A stretch of 64,000 nt of DNA from NCBI GenBank assembly GCA_051362555.1, contig CM120646.1, positions 19,158,001 to 19,222,000 on the forward strand, read 5' to 3'. Source of the stretch: Lingula anatina. Its lineage: Eukaryota; Animalia; Brachiopoda. Positions 1 through 14,109 of the stretch are shown piece by piece. Numbering within the stretch: position 1 is the stretch's first letter; every line of letters begins with the position of its first letter. The translations under genes and the position numbers were made by a program. The notes beneath the pieces were generated by a model. That model did no database searches. It saw only the letters and a list, made by a program, of their open reading frames with translations, and was not told the DNA's origin.

Positions 1-524
1 CCGAAGTCTGCAATAATAAATGGAGCGTCCAAACTTTTCACTGGCACTTTATCTAAAAAAAATATGGAAAATATAACACTATACCGTATGCTGATATTAG
101 CAGACAGGAAATTAGTACAAACAATCAAGCATTTGGGGGTGGGGGGGGGGGGAACATACCATAACTTAATTGTTTATACATACTTTTTATGTCATATAGC
201 CACGGATTTAGTGTCAATAAGATCGGATGTCGTGGTCCACAGATAAAGTATTCAATGCAAACAATTCATCTTAATAGAACAATGCATTTTGAGGACCATG
301 TGAGTGGTTGTATATATAATATTTCAATATATCTTGTCCAGAGCATTGAGGACCATAAGAGAGACTGTATATTTGATATTCCAATATATCTTACCCAGAG
401 CATTGAGGACCATAGGAGTGGCTGCGTCTATAACTTTAAAACATCCAATACTGCTGTCACTGAAAAAGCCAGAGCCTTCCTTACCATAGGGTATGTGACT
501 GTGGGGCACCTGAACGTCTGCCAT
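1..524 (-). CDS. SABATH-like SAM-dependent methyltransferase, paralog MT-1 (5' part only; continues beyond window start)
   Basis: Coding exon 1 is 524-395 (ATG; MADVQVPHSHIPYGKEGSGFFSDSSIGCFKVIDAATPMVLNAL; donor GTAAG; 130 nt as in the other copies). Exon 2 starts at 52 after a TAG acceptor (DKVPVKSLDAPFIIADF...) and runs off the window. Confidence 0.8.
280..420 (-). repeat. 57-nt tandem echoes of the coding exon 1 3' end plus donor (MT-1)
   Basis: GAGGACCAT recurs at 291, 348 and 405 (period 57). Read-through gives MVLNALGKIYWNIKYTVSLMVLNALDKIY. Confidence 0.8.
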
Positions 525-3035
525 GACTGCAGTGTAAGAAATTTCTGTTCTTACTGAAATCACAAACTGATATCGTTAAAGAACCTATGTTCTTAATATG
601 CCACCCTGGACGAGTCAGATGACAGGCCGTTAGGTAGGTCTCTTATTGAACCACTCGGGTGACCAAGGTTCACTGGTATCATGTGAAAGCTCATTTAGTC
701 AGAATTCAGTTTCTGTGTGGTATAAACAACGGCTTTTATCTTGTAAATAGTCAACTCCACAATTAATTTTGTTGATTTCGTAAGCAGTGACAATGGACAA
801 TCCAGTGTTGCATTACATGCGTATTATGTAGCCTTCTGTATATCTATCACACACTCGACTAGAAAGCTCTCCGAAAGGCTGGCACTTCCCAAGGGCAAAA
901 TGTAAACAAAAATAAATGTAAACTTGGATAAATTGTCCGTTTTTGTTTGTTGACCCTCTCGCTCGTCCAACATCGTTTCTGGTCCCACTCACCAAATATT
1001 CATATTTCTTTTGATTTTTGCTTTGGCTGTCTCGTCTGATTTCCATTGACATATTTCATTTTGACCCATATCTGTGCGTGCTTTGAATGGGCAAATTAGC
1101 TAAAAAATATCAGGTGACTATGAAATTGCAATGTGGTTTATCTGTTCACGGTTGCGCGACTTGTAAAAAATTACATCCACGTTTATATGCAATGAACACG
1201 ACCCGCATATACGACCTATAAGGAAGAACGCAAATTTGAGTGGAGAACAAGGCCCACTTCCTGTAGCAATGCCCTAAATATGAAAACATGCAGAGAATCC
1301 AATGCAGCAAATAGAACAAAACACAAAACATACCGGGCAGTTTATATCACTAGTGCAAGACAGAATTCATGACACAATAAAAACTAGCCAAATACATAAC
1401 AATGCAAATACATGCAATCGACATAGATCAGCGCTCTATAACTCGAAAGCATCGCAAATTGCGACCACACACAACCATAGCGATCTATCGCTATTTGCGA
1501 TGGCGATTGCACCCACCTGCTAACTCGGAGTTTTAGCAAACGCGACGCAATATTTACGTGTCTACAAATTTAGCCTCGAACTCTACTATGGCCGCGTAAA
1601 GTAAAGACGTCTAGCACAATTACACATAATGAAATTTATTTGATCATATGATAATCAAGAAATTATTTTCATTTAATAGAAATATCACAATTACAAATGC
1701 TGTTCTACCAGACAATAACCGACACTGTATAACATTAAGCATAAAACAACACAAACAACATACATAAATGCATATGGACGCAGTTAGTGCACGAGTTATT
1801 TCGAACCATTTTCAATCATTTACAACAAACATAAATAATTAAATAATTAAATCATAAACATAAGGAGACTCTCTCCTCACCAACATTTGTATCATCTCTT
1901 CCTTTTATATATAAAAAGTAATGTGGGATACCACATCCCAAACATATCTTCCGAGCTCATCTCTCCCGTACCTAAGGAAACACAGAGAAACAACCTCCCA
2001 AACAGCTCTTATTGAGCAAAACCATTAATTCAATATATTTATGATCATAAATGTACCCCAACTTGCATTAGCAATTTCTGAAGAATAAACAACATAAAAC
2101 ATTATTATACACTCAAGTATTCATACTTAACCACATGATCGTAAGCAGACCAACATGAAATAACACACGAACATGTACATGTACACTACAGAGCTTCACA
2201 CACTTACACAGCAAAAACTAATGTAATTACAATATAAAAATATTCACACATGCTTAACAAATTAAAACGACAATAACCAAAAACAAAGGTGAAAAACAAA
2301 ATTAAAAATTTACGTGTCGACTGGTCTGCGCTAACTGGTCGAATGATCAAATATCATAACTTACCCACAATTCTCACAAATAGCACAACTAGCACAATAT
2401 ACAGTGTCGCCCCCTAGGAGAAAATAATTCCATTCTAATTCACTCCGTTCAACCGAATAGAATTATATATATTTGAAGTGCTGTACACAAATGTCAAAAA
2501 TGTCAAAAACAATTCAACAAGCGAAACGCACGTGTTATTATTGACTGATGCAATTACTGATACATTGGTGAGAAGTGTTCAGTCTCACAATAACATACAT
2601 GTACACTGAGGAAGGTCACGGTGTGACCAACTTTGTTTCTGCTTTCTCATTTTGTGTAGCAAATGAAACGCTTAAACTTCTGAATATTATCAATTAACTA
2701 CACAGATGCATTTTCATCAGAAAACATCAAAATTTATGAAATGTTTCATTTTGAAATTTTTATTAAATATTCATCAGTTGTTTTGGTCTTTGGTGAAATA
2801 ATTTTCTATATAGCATTGTACATAGCATTCCTCACGTGAAAATTTACAGCAAGTTTTTTCTATCAGAGGTTCCAAGTGACTCAATATTTTATAAGCTACA
2901 CATAGCATGTTTTCTGATATGTTATTATGACTAGCAACCAAAACTTGAAGAAGTATAGTCTCTTCAGACATAAGTTTACCATCCTTATACAGGAGGCATT
3001 TGAAACTTATTTCAGCGAAAGAATAGTTGAAGATT

Positions 3036-3975
3036 TTACATTTTTACAATGTCGATAAAAGCTTGAACATAATCTGCACTATGATTCCCTGGACCTGATG
3101 CCACAGCTTTCTCGTATATCAAAAAGGAACCTATCCACAGTGGCGGCCTTTTCCTCCTCTGAGCGAGAGTTACCCAGACCTGAGAGGAAAGAGAAGTTGC
3201 TCCAGACGCGGAGGGATTGGATATACCGCTTGGCATGATTGGCTGCTGCCTCTTGGTCACCTAGAATTGACAACGTCATTTTACAGTCTATTTGCTTCGC
3301 AGACTCTCATTGATTACCTTGAGCAAATTAATAATAATTCACAAACATCTTTTTCACAAAAGATATTAGGTAGCCATTTTGGCCATGATCCACTTTGACC
3401 CAGATAAATCATTGGTATAGTATTATAATGAGGCAACTTGACTCCAGTTTACTAAATAATAGTAATAATAGTTAATAAGATAAATAAATAACTCGCGCTT
3501 TCGTCAATAACAATGCTTTAGTTTTGACGTCGCTTCAAGATGTGTCTTTATCCGTTAATTGAAACGCCATTAAGGATTTTAATATTTTATTAAAATACAC
3601 ATCCTCTCCCTGTATGTTAAGTTATCATTTTGATACAGAAATGAGGACACGTGAAGCATTTGGCAGCGTACCAATTTGATGGGCGAAGATCAGCAAAATA
3701 CATTCAATTTTTATATGACAGATAACAACTAGCAGTATTTAAACTAATTAAACGGATTAGGTCGAGTGGGACTGTGGAATGATAATATGTAGAAAAGAAC
3801 ATGCACAAACAAACCCTTCTTTCCGCTCCTTGTCCATTCCTCGTGTTTTGGGGTCGCAATAACACAGGCTTTAACGGCTCTCAACACCCCTCACCGCTAC
3901 TTTTTGTTAAAGTTGTTCTCCTACCTGTGTGATCTCTTCCTCTGAGACCATCTCCTTTCAGTACCTATAAAAGTT
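3036..3975 (-). pseudogene. Relic 3' fragment of a methyltransferase paralog (intron 6 remnant, deleted exon 7, frameshifted exon 8)
   Basis: The last exon 3260-3036 is 225 nt versus 224 in intact copies (+1 frameshift near 3120). Only the last ~30 nt of exon 7 remain (3813-3845), fused to intron-6 sequence. Flanks closely match MT-4 (about 22550-23430). Confidence 0.85.
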
Positions 3976-4547
3976 ACAGGCTTAAAAACGTTACCAAGAT
4001 ACAGCTGATATTGCAACCACTTCTAAATATGGTTAATATATTCACGGTTAAATTGTATCACATTATTTCAACTTTAATGTGTGATTATAATTAAGCACGA
4101 AGAGAATACACGTTGTTAAATAGTAAACCGTTTTTAAACCAATTAAAATCGGTACTTTTTATTCAGAAATTACTCCATGATCTCGAATTGCCAATCATTT
4201 CCTCCAGAAATTATAAATAATAAAGTAACATAATATGCGATGCGTCCAATGGAGCATCAGAGCAACATGAAAACTATAACGACTCCAATGCTTAGATATA
4301 GTAAGTAATTGACTCAAGTCACACCATATAGAAATAATAAACAGCGAGTCCAATGACTGGCAAACAAACCCTTCTTTAGCTTCTGTAGTACTACCTTCTT
4401 CGCCCCTTCCCAAAAAATGTACGGCAAGCGATACGAAACAAAACCATGCGATTTTCCTAACCCTGTAACATTCATATTAAGGTAAAAATTCGTATTCCTC
4501 GGCTTTATATATATATACTTTAAATTCTCCTTAGCACAACCACCGCT

Positions 4548-7500
4548 TTACATTTTTCCTATATCCATACAAGCGCTAATAAAATCCATCCCATGATCCT
4601 CTGGGGCGGATGCCACTGCACTCTCGTACTTTAGAAAGAGCTTATCCACAATGGCGGATTTTTCCTCCTCTGAGCGAGAGCTATCCAGACCTGAGAGGAA
4701 GGAGGAGTTGCTCCAGGAGCGGAGGGATTGGATATACCGCTTGGCATGGTTGGCTGCTGCTTCTTGGTCGCCTAGAGCATACAAATCTATGGTTAATTAC
4801 CTTAACAAAGAATGCTTCACAAACGAGATTATATATGACCTAAATCCAAGAGATGGGGACACAGGTCCTTGTGGTCTAGGAGGAGAAGCTTTAACGGTGA
4901 CTTGCGCCAGAGCGCCGTGCCGGCGGAGCCGTACGAGGCGGGTCCGGACTAAAACCATAAGTACCGCCAGCGTACACGCTGGTGGTACTAATTAAAACGA
5001 TAGCCCCTGTCTCTATCGCAAAGAGATTTTTGATATCAATAATATATTTTTGATATCAATAATATATACTTTCGACTCTGGAAACTCTGTGACGATATTC
5101 ATGGTCAAAATGAATATCGTCACGTAATAAAACAACGTAGATAGAATGGGTAGAGTGGATAGAAACATTTAGGAAAGAAAATGCACAAACTTACCATTCT
5201 TTCCGATCTTGGTCCATTTCTCGTGAAATGGACAACGCACCGCTTTTGTTTCAATGGCCAGCAACTTTAGCCCACTTTTGGACACAGCAGAGTTCGGGTC
5301 ACAAAAAGGAGCCCTGTATTCCTCCATGGTTCTGAAGTACAGGTTGAAGTTTGTGTTGTCAAATTCTTCCTGTGGAAAAGAGTGACATTTGTAATTGGAA
5401 AGATTACTTTTTTTAAATGACAAAAACGTCAAAACTCTTTACTTCCCATGTGGTTGGGGTCACTAAAGTAAAAATTGGACACCTTATATCATATTTACTT
5501 CGATCCAAACTTTTTCATTACTAAATATCGCTCGTGCAATTAAACTTCATTGTCCATTTTGAAAATACATTTGGCACACACCATTTCAGATCAATAGTGA
5601 ACACAACATCCCATTGCCAAAATAGTAAAAAAAAAAAAAAATCGGGAATTTGCCAATTGAGTTCTTCCCGTTATCTTCACAAAAATCATTCAATGGTCTG
5701 CTCCTACACAAATTAAGGATAACATATCCAAATCACTCTCCTCGTGCATCTCACCCACAGTGTCAATCCATAGCCATTCTTGTCCTTCTTATTGGCTATT
5801 CATCTGAAATTGATCTCTCCCTCTATTACCATCTGTTTCCAGTGCCCGTTAAAGTTATGTTCCCGTACCTGTGTGATCTCTCTCTAAGTGACCACCACCT
5901 TCTACTACTTGTTACAGTTATGTTTCCCTACCTGTGTGATCTCTCCCTCAGTGACCATCTCCTTCCAGTAGTTGGTAAAGGTGTGGACCACGCTCTCCTT
6001 GATATTTTTGGTGGTCCCTGGATATTGTCCTTCCTTCTCTAAACAATCACTTATGATAACAATCCTGCCACCTGATGCCAAGTAATACACAAAAATATAA
6101 GTGTTTTGAATTAATCAGTAAGGAAGATTAATAAACTAACTAAGAAAATACAAGATAATGATAAACAAAAAGGTTTTGAAAAACGAAAGAAGCGGAAGAT
6201 GTGGAATACAACAAGAAAAATTCTACGGTCACAATGAATACATGTTAACTTTGGAATAAAATGTACCAGTTACCATATTACATATCTTATGCATATAACT
6301 GATACCTGATCTCAACTCCTTAGCTCTAGCCAGGAGTATGGTCTCCCAGTCTTTGGCCGCCTGGGCTTGGAACAGAGCTTTCTCCGTAGGATCTGTGATA
6401 TCAACATGTACCAGAGCTCCGGTGATTCTACAGGGTCTGTAAATATTTTGTGCATGATTCTACACAGTCTGTTAGTTCTTGGACACTTTTTGATTGATCA
6501 GCTGAAACAGCATGTTCAAAAATAGTTTCATTAAACGACTAATATAATATGCAGTGAATCAATAAAACCATAATGTTAAGGATGTTGTCACCTTTCGCCC
6601 AAAACTCCCTATTTACTGCCAGTCTTTGGGGTAATAAATAAATCGTCAGTGTCCAGTGACTAAATTAATTAACATTTACACATGTCATAATTTCCATTTT
6701 GGAGTTAAAACTGAAAATCGATTTCTCAAATTTCTCTTTTACCTGAGCACCCACGATCACCGTTTTAACGCCAATTTAATGACAAGTCTTAGTTAAGATT
6801 TAATCGTTGATAAAGCAAAAGAATGCCTTTGTTCAATCAAAATCTAAACCAAAATGACGGCACGAGCTTGTAGCTTATACTTTCTTTGTCAACTCTGCCA
6901 ATTTTCGTGATAAAATCTTGTTCAAGGATGAAGTTACGCCTCATACCAATTGCTATCTCACCTCAAAAAAGGAAGGTGTTAAAACTTTGGGTCGCCCTTG
7001 CTTATACATTGCAATGAAAAAATATAAACGCTGATATTTTATATTTTCGAGGTTTTTTTCATTGTTTTAAATCAGCAAAAAGATGCATTATTGAATAGTT
7101 AGATGCAGGAAAAACTCATTTTCGGTATTTGGATGATAATAAAGGGTTACAATAACCTTAAAGCGTTTACATGTCAAATCTTTGTTACTTAACCGGGCCA
7201 AATGCAACCGTATAGTTTTAAATAGTATTAATTAAAGACATAGCAAGGGTATCGTTTCATATTTTCAGAAAAGTGATATTTGAACAGATATTTTCTGCTT
7301 TCTGTCTATCCTATATAAAACTCATTTTATAAGACTACTGCGCCCGCAGCAGAAATGCCTCACACACACACACACACACACACATATTACTAACATCTTG
7401 GACTGACTTCCACGGAATGGGGTGATTCCCCTACATGACTGAAGGAATTGTACAGAACCCAATGGGTCTCCTACAGGGGATTTCCATAAGGGCTTTTTTG

Positions 7501-10500
7501 AGTATTGTAAGATACTGGTGGTAGTGATTTATATGCGTTACACTGTGGGAATCTACCCTTGCTTCATACGTGTATGCTACTTTAAAATCTACGGCAGATA
7601 ATGGCACACAGGTATATTATTTAGAAATTATTATATGTTATGACATGTGGTTTCATTTATAGAATTAAACAACGATCATACCCCGTCGACAACCATTCCA
7701 TGGCAGTGAAGGACATTCCAAAGTGCAGGCTACCAGGAGGCAAACACTGGGAGTAGAAACTGGTACCACTGGCCAACACATACACATTGTCAAACTCCTG
7801 CATGTAGGACGTGGGTGCATGGCTCAGCAAACCTGGGTTTGGTGAAAATAAAGTATGTTAGCACTCTTAGGCCCCATACCCATAAACACCATCCGTGTAC
7901 GACCCAACTCCGATAATATCAATCTCCCCTCTCATATGTCCAAATTAACTGAAATCTAATCTAATGATATTGGTTTGGCTTAATAGTCACATGAGGTAAT
8001 ACTTTAACAATCTAAACACGTATTATTATTATTAGGTTCTACGTCAAGTTGCAAAATGTGATTTTTAAATTTTCGCCAGTTTTGCCTAAAATTCCATGTG
8101 CTTGAGAAATATGCCATATGACTTTCATTATAAACTTAAGCGGGGGGAGAGCAAAAAAAAATCTGGTGCAATGTCGGGCCACCCTCGAGATCACTAGCGG
8201 GACCCTTTCGCACCAATGTTGACGTACCGGTATCTTGTGGGACTTTATAAGTTGATCGATATTCAGAAGTTCAAAGCCCACCACGTATTGTGGATGTGGG
8301 GCTCACCACACCAAAGAAACTGCTACAGCGTCGTGACATGAGCGCAATGTTATCTGGGACCCTTACATCCTTCAATCCATCTCAACATCAATTCATCAAT
8401 CATCCATCAATCAAGTCAGTCTTCCACCAATCCTTCCACTCGTTCATCCCTCGATTCATTGTCCTTTCTGGGTAAATTTTACTATAGATGTTGTGTTAAA
8501 TAATATGGTATGGTGCCATTAACCCACACATGAGGTCTTAATACAACAATTCTTAGTACCTACCTTGTATTCTAAAAAACAGCGACTTGAAGTCATTCAC
8601 CGGCTGGTCCTCATACACCACTTGCACTGGTAAGTCTTTGCCATGTTTTTCACGCAACAATTCTGAAACATGTTAGTTTTGATTAAATTCTAAAGAATCT
8701 AAAACTTTTGATTTATTGCTTCTGACGTTGATTCATGAGCGATTGGTAGAGAATGGGCTTAGTTACACCTGGTGTGCAGATAGACATGGGACAACATGAA
8801 AACATTAAGTGTTACGTACTTGTGTAACAGGTAAATTTAAGTTTAAAAGTCATCATAACGTAATTCAGATTGAAAACGTTTTTAAAATTTACGCTGACCG
8901 ACACACTATGATTAGTCACATACAAAACAAGGACCGCAAAATCAACAGACGAATGACACCGTATTAGTATGGGTATTTTTAGAATATGGCTTTTGATTCG
9001 TGTAGTTAGTGAAATAGATCTTTAAAAATTCAAAACAGTGCGAAGACATTTCTTAAAACTTCGACTAGTTCATCTAGATCAAGGATATGTATTTAGGTCC
9101 ATACTCAAATAGAAAAGTGATATAAATTAATATCTCAGGCATTTTGATTTCGCATCTATAATCGGTCCTTGCGACCATCTAATAAAATCTGTAACAGCCT
9201 CAAAAGTGGTGCACAGCTTAATGGTGAGTTCTAAAGAAACAAACACAATTTTTAATATTCATCACTAAATTGTAAATGAGAGGTAGGGGAGACCGGGGCT
9301 AGTTGGACCCCGGGGTAAGTTGGCCCCCCGTCGATTTATAAAAAAGTAACCACGAGGTAAAAAAATTGGCCACATACTTTTGTAAAGTGACCGTAGCCTA
9401 CAATGCTAAGGAAGTGTCGGACGTCAAAAAGTTTTACCTAAGCGGTGAGTCGAAATAAACAATTTTTGCACCTAAAAGTACTTTTGTTTAAAAGAGATTT
9501 AAAAATCTATTTTCATAGGTTTTTGATCGAATATAATATATGTTTAGGGCATCAAACTGAAGCTCATTGTTTCAAGTTTTACAGAGATGTATCATCGTTG
9601 TTCATTCTAGCACCAAAAATGGCTGCCATCCTTTAAAATAAATAATGTGCACCCGGGGCTAGTTGGCCCCATTGACTCGGGGCAAGTTGGACCCTCATAT
9701 TACCCACAAACCTTTGCGCGCAACGCTGTTTGAAATAAACAAGTTGGTGAAATTGACAAAGCTTGCCGGTGTTTACCGTCTGATTGATTTTATTTAATTT
9801 GCTCTCTGGTGTCTTTACAAAAATTTATATTAGAAATGTTCTGTTGATTGTAGCCTATGTATTAAAAAGTAAATCCATTGGACTTTCCTTAGAAAAACAT
9901 TCATTTTGCCTTAATTCACTGTAAGGGGATTCCCTTTGTATTTATAGTGTTATATGTGGCTCCAAGGGAATTTTCCACCCCTCCCTAGCTAGAGATCATT
10001 GTTGAAACAAACTCAATGGTTTAAAACTGAATTTGTTACTTCCTTTTAAAACGAAAATTTATTATTCGTTTTCATTCATTAAAACCCTGGGCCCAGTTTT
10101 ATAAAGGACGTTTAGCACTAACCAGTGGATAAGCCTAACCAGTGGATAAATTCCCCTAACACCCATTAACTAAAAGATGGTTAAATTGTGTTTTATATAC
10201 AGTCTTTTAACAGAAAACAGCCAATTAGTTAACTGGCCAGTGTTTTACTGGATTAAATAATTATTTAAAGGTCAGTTTACTAACAGACTATTTAGGTCTG
10301 GTTAGAGTTAAACACTGGTTAGTGCTAAACGTCCTTTATAAAACTGGGCCCTGCTTTATACCATTATTAATTTATTCTTAATTAAAACAAAAACAAAACA
10401 AATTTTATTGATAAATATTTTGGTTCTTGCAACACATACCCCCCCTCCCCCCCCCCCCCCCCCCCCCCCACAACGTCACGTACGGAAACCTCAATAAAAC

Positions 10501-11577
10501 TGCCTCATTTGAACTATTTATTCATCAAACACTCTCAAAAACCAATTTAATAAGTTAAAAATGTATAAAAACGTATTTCAAGGCGTTTACATGGGATATA
10601 TACTTCATTTTCGTATAGGGGGGCCAACTTGACGTCAACTGCGTTTTTTGTCAAATTGTGAGCCATCTGGCATTATATTTGAAAAATAATGACGTTGCAT
10701 ACGTAGCCTAGTTCATGGGGCTTACTTTGAAACCGGTTTTGTTACTCTAACTCATTCCTAGTTGGCTCTACAAGGCCAAAAGTGTCTAACTGGGCCAACT
10801 TGCCCCGGTCTCCCCTATAATAATTCAATATCTCGAGTCACTCTAATGATAAATGTTATTTCTATGACCATTTATGTTGTCAAAGGCACCAGGTAAAGAA
10901 AGACAAGTTTGTAGAAAACAAAAAATAATATTATTGTCGGCGTTTGGAGGACTTATTATATAACCACCTCGGGTATTTCAAGTTGCCCCAGACCGCTATT
11001 AGGTAAATTGAAAAATGAATAAAATTGTTGTAATTTCCCCCGACACAATTAATCGCGTATCAGGAGAAAGCACAGTATTTGGATTTATGTAATGGAGGCA
11101 TGCAGGTGAAATTCATCCATACGAGATTCAAAATTACAGAACAAATTTGAGTAAGACATTTACCGATCATCTTCTTTACAAGAAACATAGAGGTCCCGCC
11201 GTCTGCAGTTCCGAAGTCGGCAATAGTGAATGGAGATTTTGAATCTTTCACTGGAACCTTTTCTAAAAACAAATGGCAAAAATACAATGGCAGTGATAGC
11301 ATACGATGAACAGCGCTAAAACAAAAGCATATTTAGAGGGCATGATCATACAATAACTTAATTTTGTTTATATATATATATACAGCTAGGCTAGGTATAT
11401 ATATATATATACATGTATATATATATATATATTATGATTTACCTTACCCAGAGCATTGAGGACCATAGGAGAGGCTGTATATATGATGTCAAAACATCCA
11501 ATATTGTTGTCACTGTGGAAACCAGAGCCTGTCTTGCCGAAAGGGAAATGGCTGTGGGGCACTTGGATTTTTTTCAT
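4548..11577 (-). CDS. SABATH-like SAM-dependent methyltransferase, paralog MT-2 (8 coding exons, ~382 aa)
   Basis: Exons 11577-11448, 11262-11164, 8662-8564, 7832-7682, 6436-6306, 6071-5932, 5369-5195, 4771-4548; all GT-AG with consistent phases. Motifs ADFGTADGGTS, YEDQPVNDFKSLF, SGTSFYSQCLP, SFTAMEWLS (His-to-Glu at the HWLS motif in this copy), DWETILLARAKEL. Confidence 0.88.
4804..4993 (+). mobile_element. Short non-autonomous Helentron/DINE-like element
   Basis: Ends in GACTAAAACCATAAGTACCGCCAGCGTACACGCTGGTGGTACTAAT (terminal hairpin). A second copy of this end lies at ~54116-54161. Confidence 0.55.
5800..5980 (-). repeat. 63-nt exon 6 end plus donor echoes (MT-2)
   Basis: Exon end at 5932, echo donor at 5869 (63 nt further), degenerate third unit. 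The first echo carries in-frame TAG TAG. Confidence 0.8.
6580..7157. mobile_element. Putative TTAA-flanked non-autonomous DNA transposon (Kolobok-like)
   Basis: TTAA on both sides; imperfect terminal inverted repeats GGATGTTGTCACCTTT / AAAGGGTTACAATAACC. Confidence 0.4.
9286..10815. mobile_element. Non-autonomous DNA transposon with TA target duplication (Tc1/mariner-pogo-like)
   Basis: TA-GGGGAGACCGGGGCTAGTTGG ... CCAACTTGCCCCGGTCTCCCC-TA. Subterminal repeats of CGGGGCTAGTTGGCCC near 9300-9330 and 9652-9693. Confidence 0.85.
10090..10350. mobile_element. Harbinger/PIF-like MITE nested in the previous element
   Basis: ~38-nt perfect TIR GGCCCAGTTTTATAAAGGACGTTTAGCACTAACCAGTG; 3-nt TSD CTG on both sides. 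Confidence 0.9.
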
Positions 11578-14109
11578 GCCTGCGATGTTTGTATTTTCTT
11601 AATGAAAAAGTAAGTGAAAAATCATTGACGAAACTTTGTTCTCAACGATATGAATAGGTCCAGATCCCAGGTATATCCCCGTGAATAGTGCATTAATTAT
11701 CCTATCTCTAGATAATGAACCGGTGATCGATTCTACGCAAAGAATTTGAAAACGAATCACCAAACATTCCATGAGTTTTGTATCAAAGTGACGAGAGTGG
11801 TGCGAGATAATATAGCATTACCGTACCGCCAGTGCTTTCTTTGAAACTGACATAATCTACCGTGCTGTCAGGTAATGTAGCGCGTCAAGTTAACTTCAAA
11901 AATGCATGGTGGTACGTGTAATTTTATTTTCGATCAGCATTCAATGTGTCCCATGGCTGTCATGTTAATGTTTGTTAAGTAAGATTATTCTTTTCTGCTG
12001 GTAGCAACTACAAATATTATCTTTATTCTTTTAGTTGTATTTTATTGTATTCACTGTTTTGTGTATAAAAGGAATGCCCCAAGGCTGATATAGCGGTTTG
12101 TTTACATGGTATGTAAAATGGTTCATAATATATATTAAGATTTTTTGTGCAGTGTTTTATGTTTTTTAATTGCAATAAACGTCTACCCATACAGCGTCCG
12201 CCTTAAGTCGTTAATGGCCAGTTGCCATTCGCTACCTGGTTATTCATAAAGCTTGACTATGAATACATAATTCCAGGTAGGCTGACTTGGCTTGCTACGG
12301 TAGTTTTCTTATTTCAGTACTTCTAACTTTTCGTTCTTTGTCAATTATTCTTAAAGGTATCATACTCATCATATGAGATTCAAAAGTCCACAACAAATTC
12401 AATGCAAACAACAAACAGAAAAAAAATCCATTTTACCACAAAAACGGCGGTTATAGCAGTTATTCCGAAATCTGTGCTTGCAATCGGACCACGTTGACTT
12501 CCATAAATGGCTACCATCCGAAATAATCTCTTAATGACTCTTTTTGAAACAATTGTATTGGAACATGGAGAGTACAAAATAAAAATAGGCAAAAAAGGAT
12601 ATTATCCTCTTATGTGAATTGTGGTCTTTATTCAGGTTAAAAAATGCAAGACTTGGAATAATATTTTGTGAAATTGCTTTTTGATAAAAATTTAAGTACT
12701 TTTCAAGGACAAAGTGATGTAATACATGCTCTTCTTAAGGTAAATAGTAATCCCAAGCATTATTAAAGGCCATAGCCTTTTCGACCCTCTTTGTATGGGC
12801 TTAGCCGTTCATAAAATTTAAATGTACAGTAGTTGTACACGAGGAACAAAGAAAAAAATTACAAAACATAAATGTTGACAAAATTTCTGAGACCAGAGCT
12901 GGGATGAGGACAAGAAAAGAGAAAGAACTAGAATATTGTATTCTGATAGATGACCAAATTTATTTTGATTTATTGGACTCAGAGTTGAAAATTTAAATAA
13001 CATGTACATGCCTTCTTGGGGTCTGCCTCTGCCCGATATTGGACAACAGGATTGCAAAACAGTTCCCAAAAGGTAAACTTTTATAAATTTAAATTGTCGT
13101 ACTGATTTTGAAAGGAGGCTGCTTTATCACCAACCGAAACCACTCAGCAACTTTGAGGTATGTAAGTGTCTGCATGTATAAATACATTTCCTTTGCGCCA
13201 TATGATTTTAACATAAACAGGCACATCCATAAAAGTTTTGCAGTTTTTCAATGTTTTCAGTGTCCAACTTCATCATGGTGTTAACCTGCTTTACAAAATA
13301 TGCCTGCTTCTTTTGAATAGACTGGTACTTAACAGAAGTTCTCAATTTAATATTCACGCACCAAGGAAAAAGTTACAAAATGAGACCTTTACCATAGTAC
13401 AAAACAAAACAGACAGCAAGATTGCAAAACATTACGAAAAGTGTCAATTAAACCAAAGCCCACTAGCATATTTTAAGCCAGTTTATATATTCTGGCTAGT
13501 AGTTTCTACATGATTGACGTTACTTAATAAATGTAACCTTATACCAAGATATTTGCAAAAATATCAGTTTCAGTTGTCACAGAGATAACGTTGCATTCTA
13601 ATGTGCTCACAAGTAATGAAAACGACACAAAGGATTGCATCAAGCTCAGAGGTTAGCTCTTTCCCCGATATTTCGAGATTCCCCGCTTCACTCGTTTCGT
13701 TAAGTTGCTGTTAATAACTAACAGAACCAGTGCAGTACTGCGTTTTCCCTTTATAAACAGGGATCAAAGAGCACTCGGAGCCCATGTTCCATCCTACAGC
13801 AAGCCTGTAATGTTGTTTTAAAAGGATACCAAAATTATCTTTAATCAAACCAAAATATATTTCCTGGAACGCTTTCATTGATGATCAGTGTATTGAAGTC
13901 CTCGAAAGAGAAAAACTTGCACTTAGCGAATAATACACGCTTTTATGTGATAATGCTGACGTTGTAGCATGTGGCCGTGTCTTTTCAATATCCTGAACAG
14001 GCTACGTTATGTAAAAAAGACGTCTTGTCTCTTCAGATATGAGCTACTTTTACCATTATTATAAAAGAGGTAATGAAAACTTCTTTCGGGGAAAGCACAG
14101 TTGAAGATT

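Noticed and set aside
1640-2320. A/C-skewed tract, possible retroelement 3' end
   Set aside because: No diagnostic protein motif or TSD; too degenerate to call.
12350-13420. Possible TTAAAGG-starting transposon or plus-strand exon remnants
   Set aside because: No matching terminal repeat or coherent reading frame found by eye.
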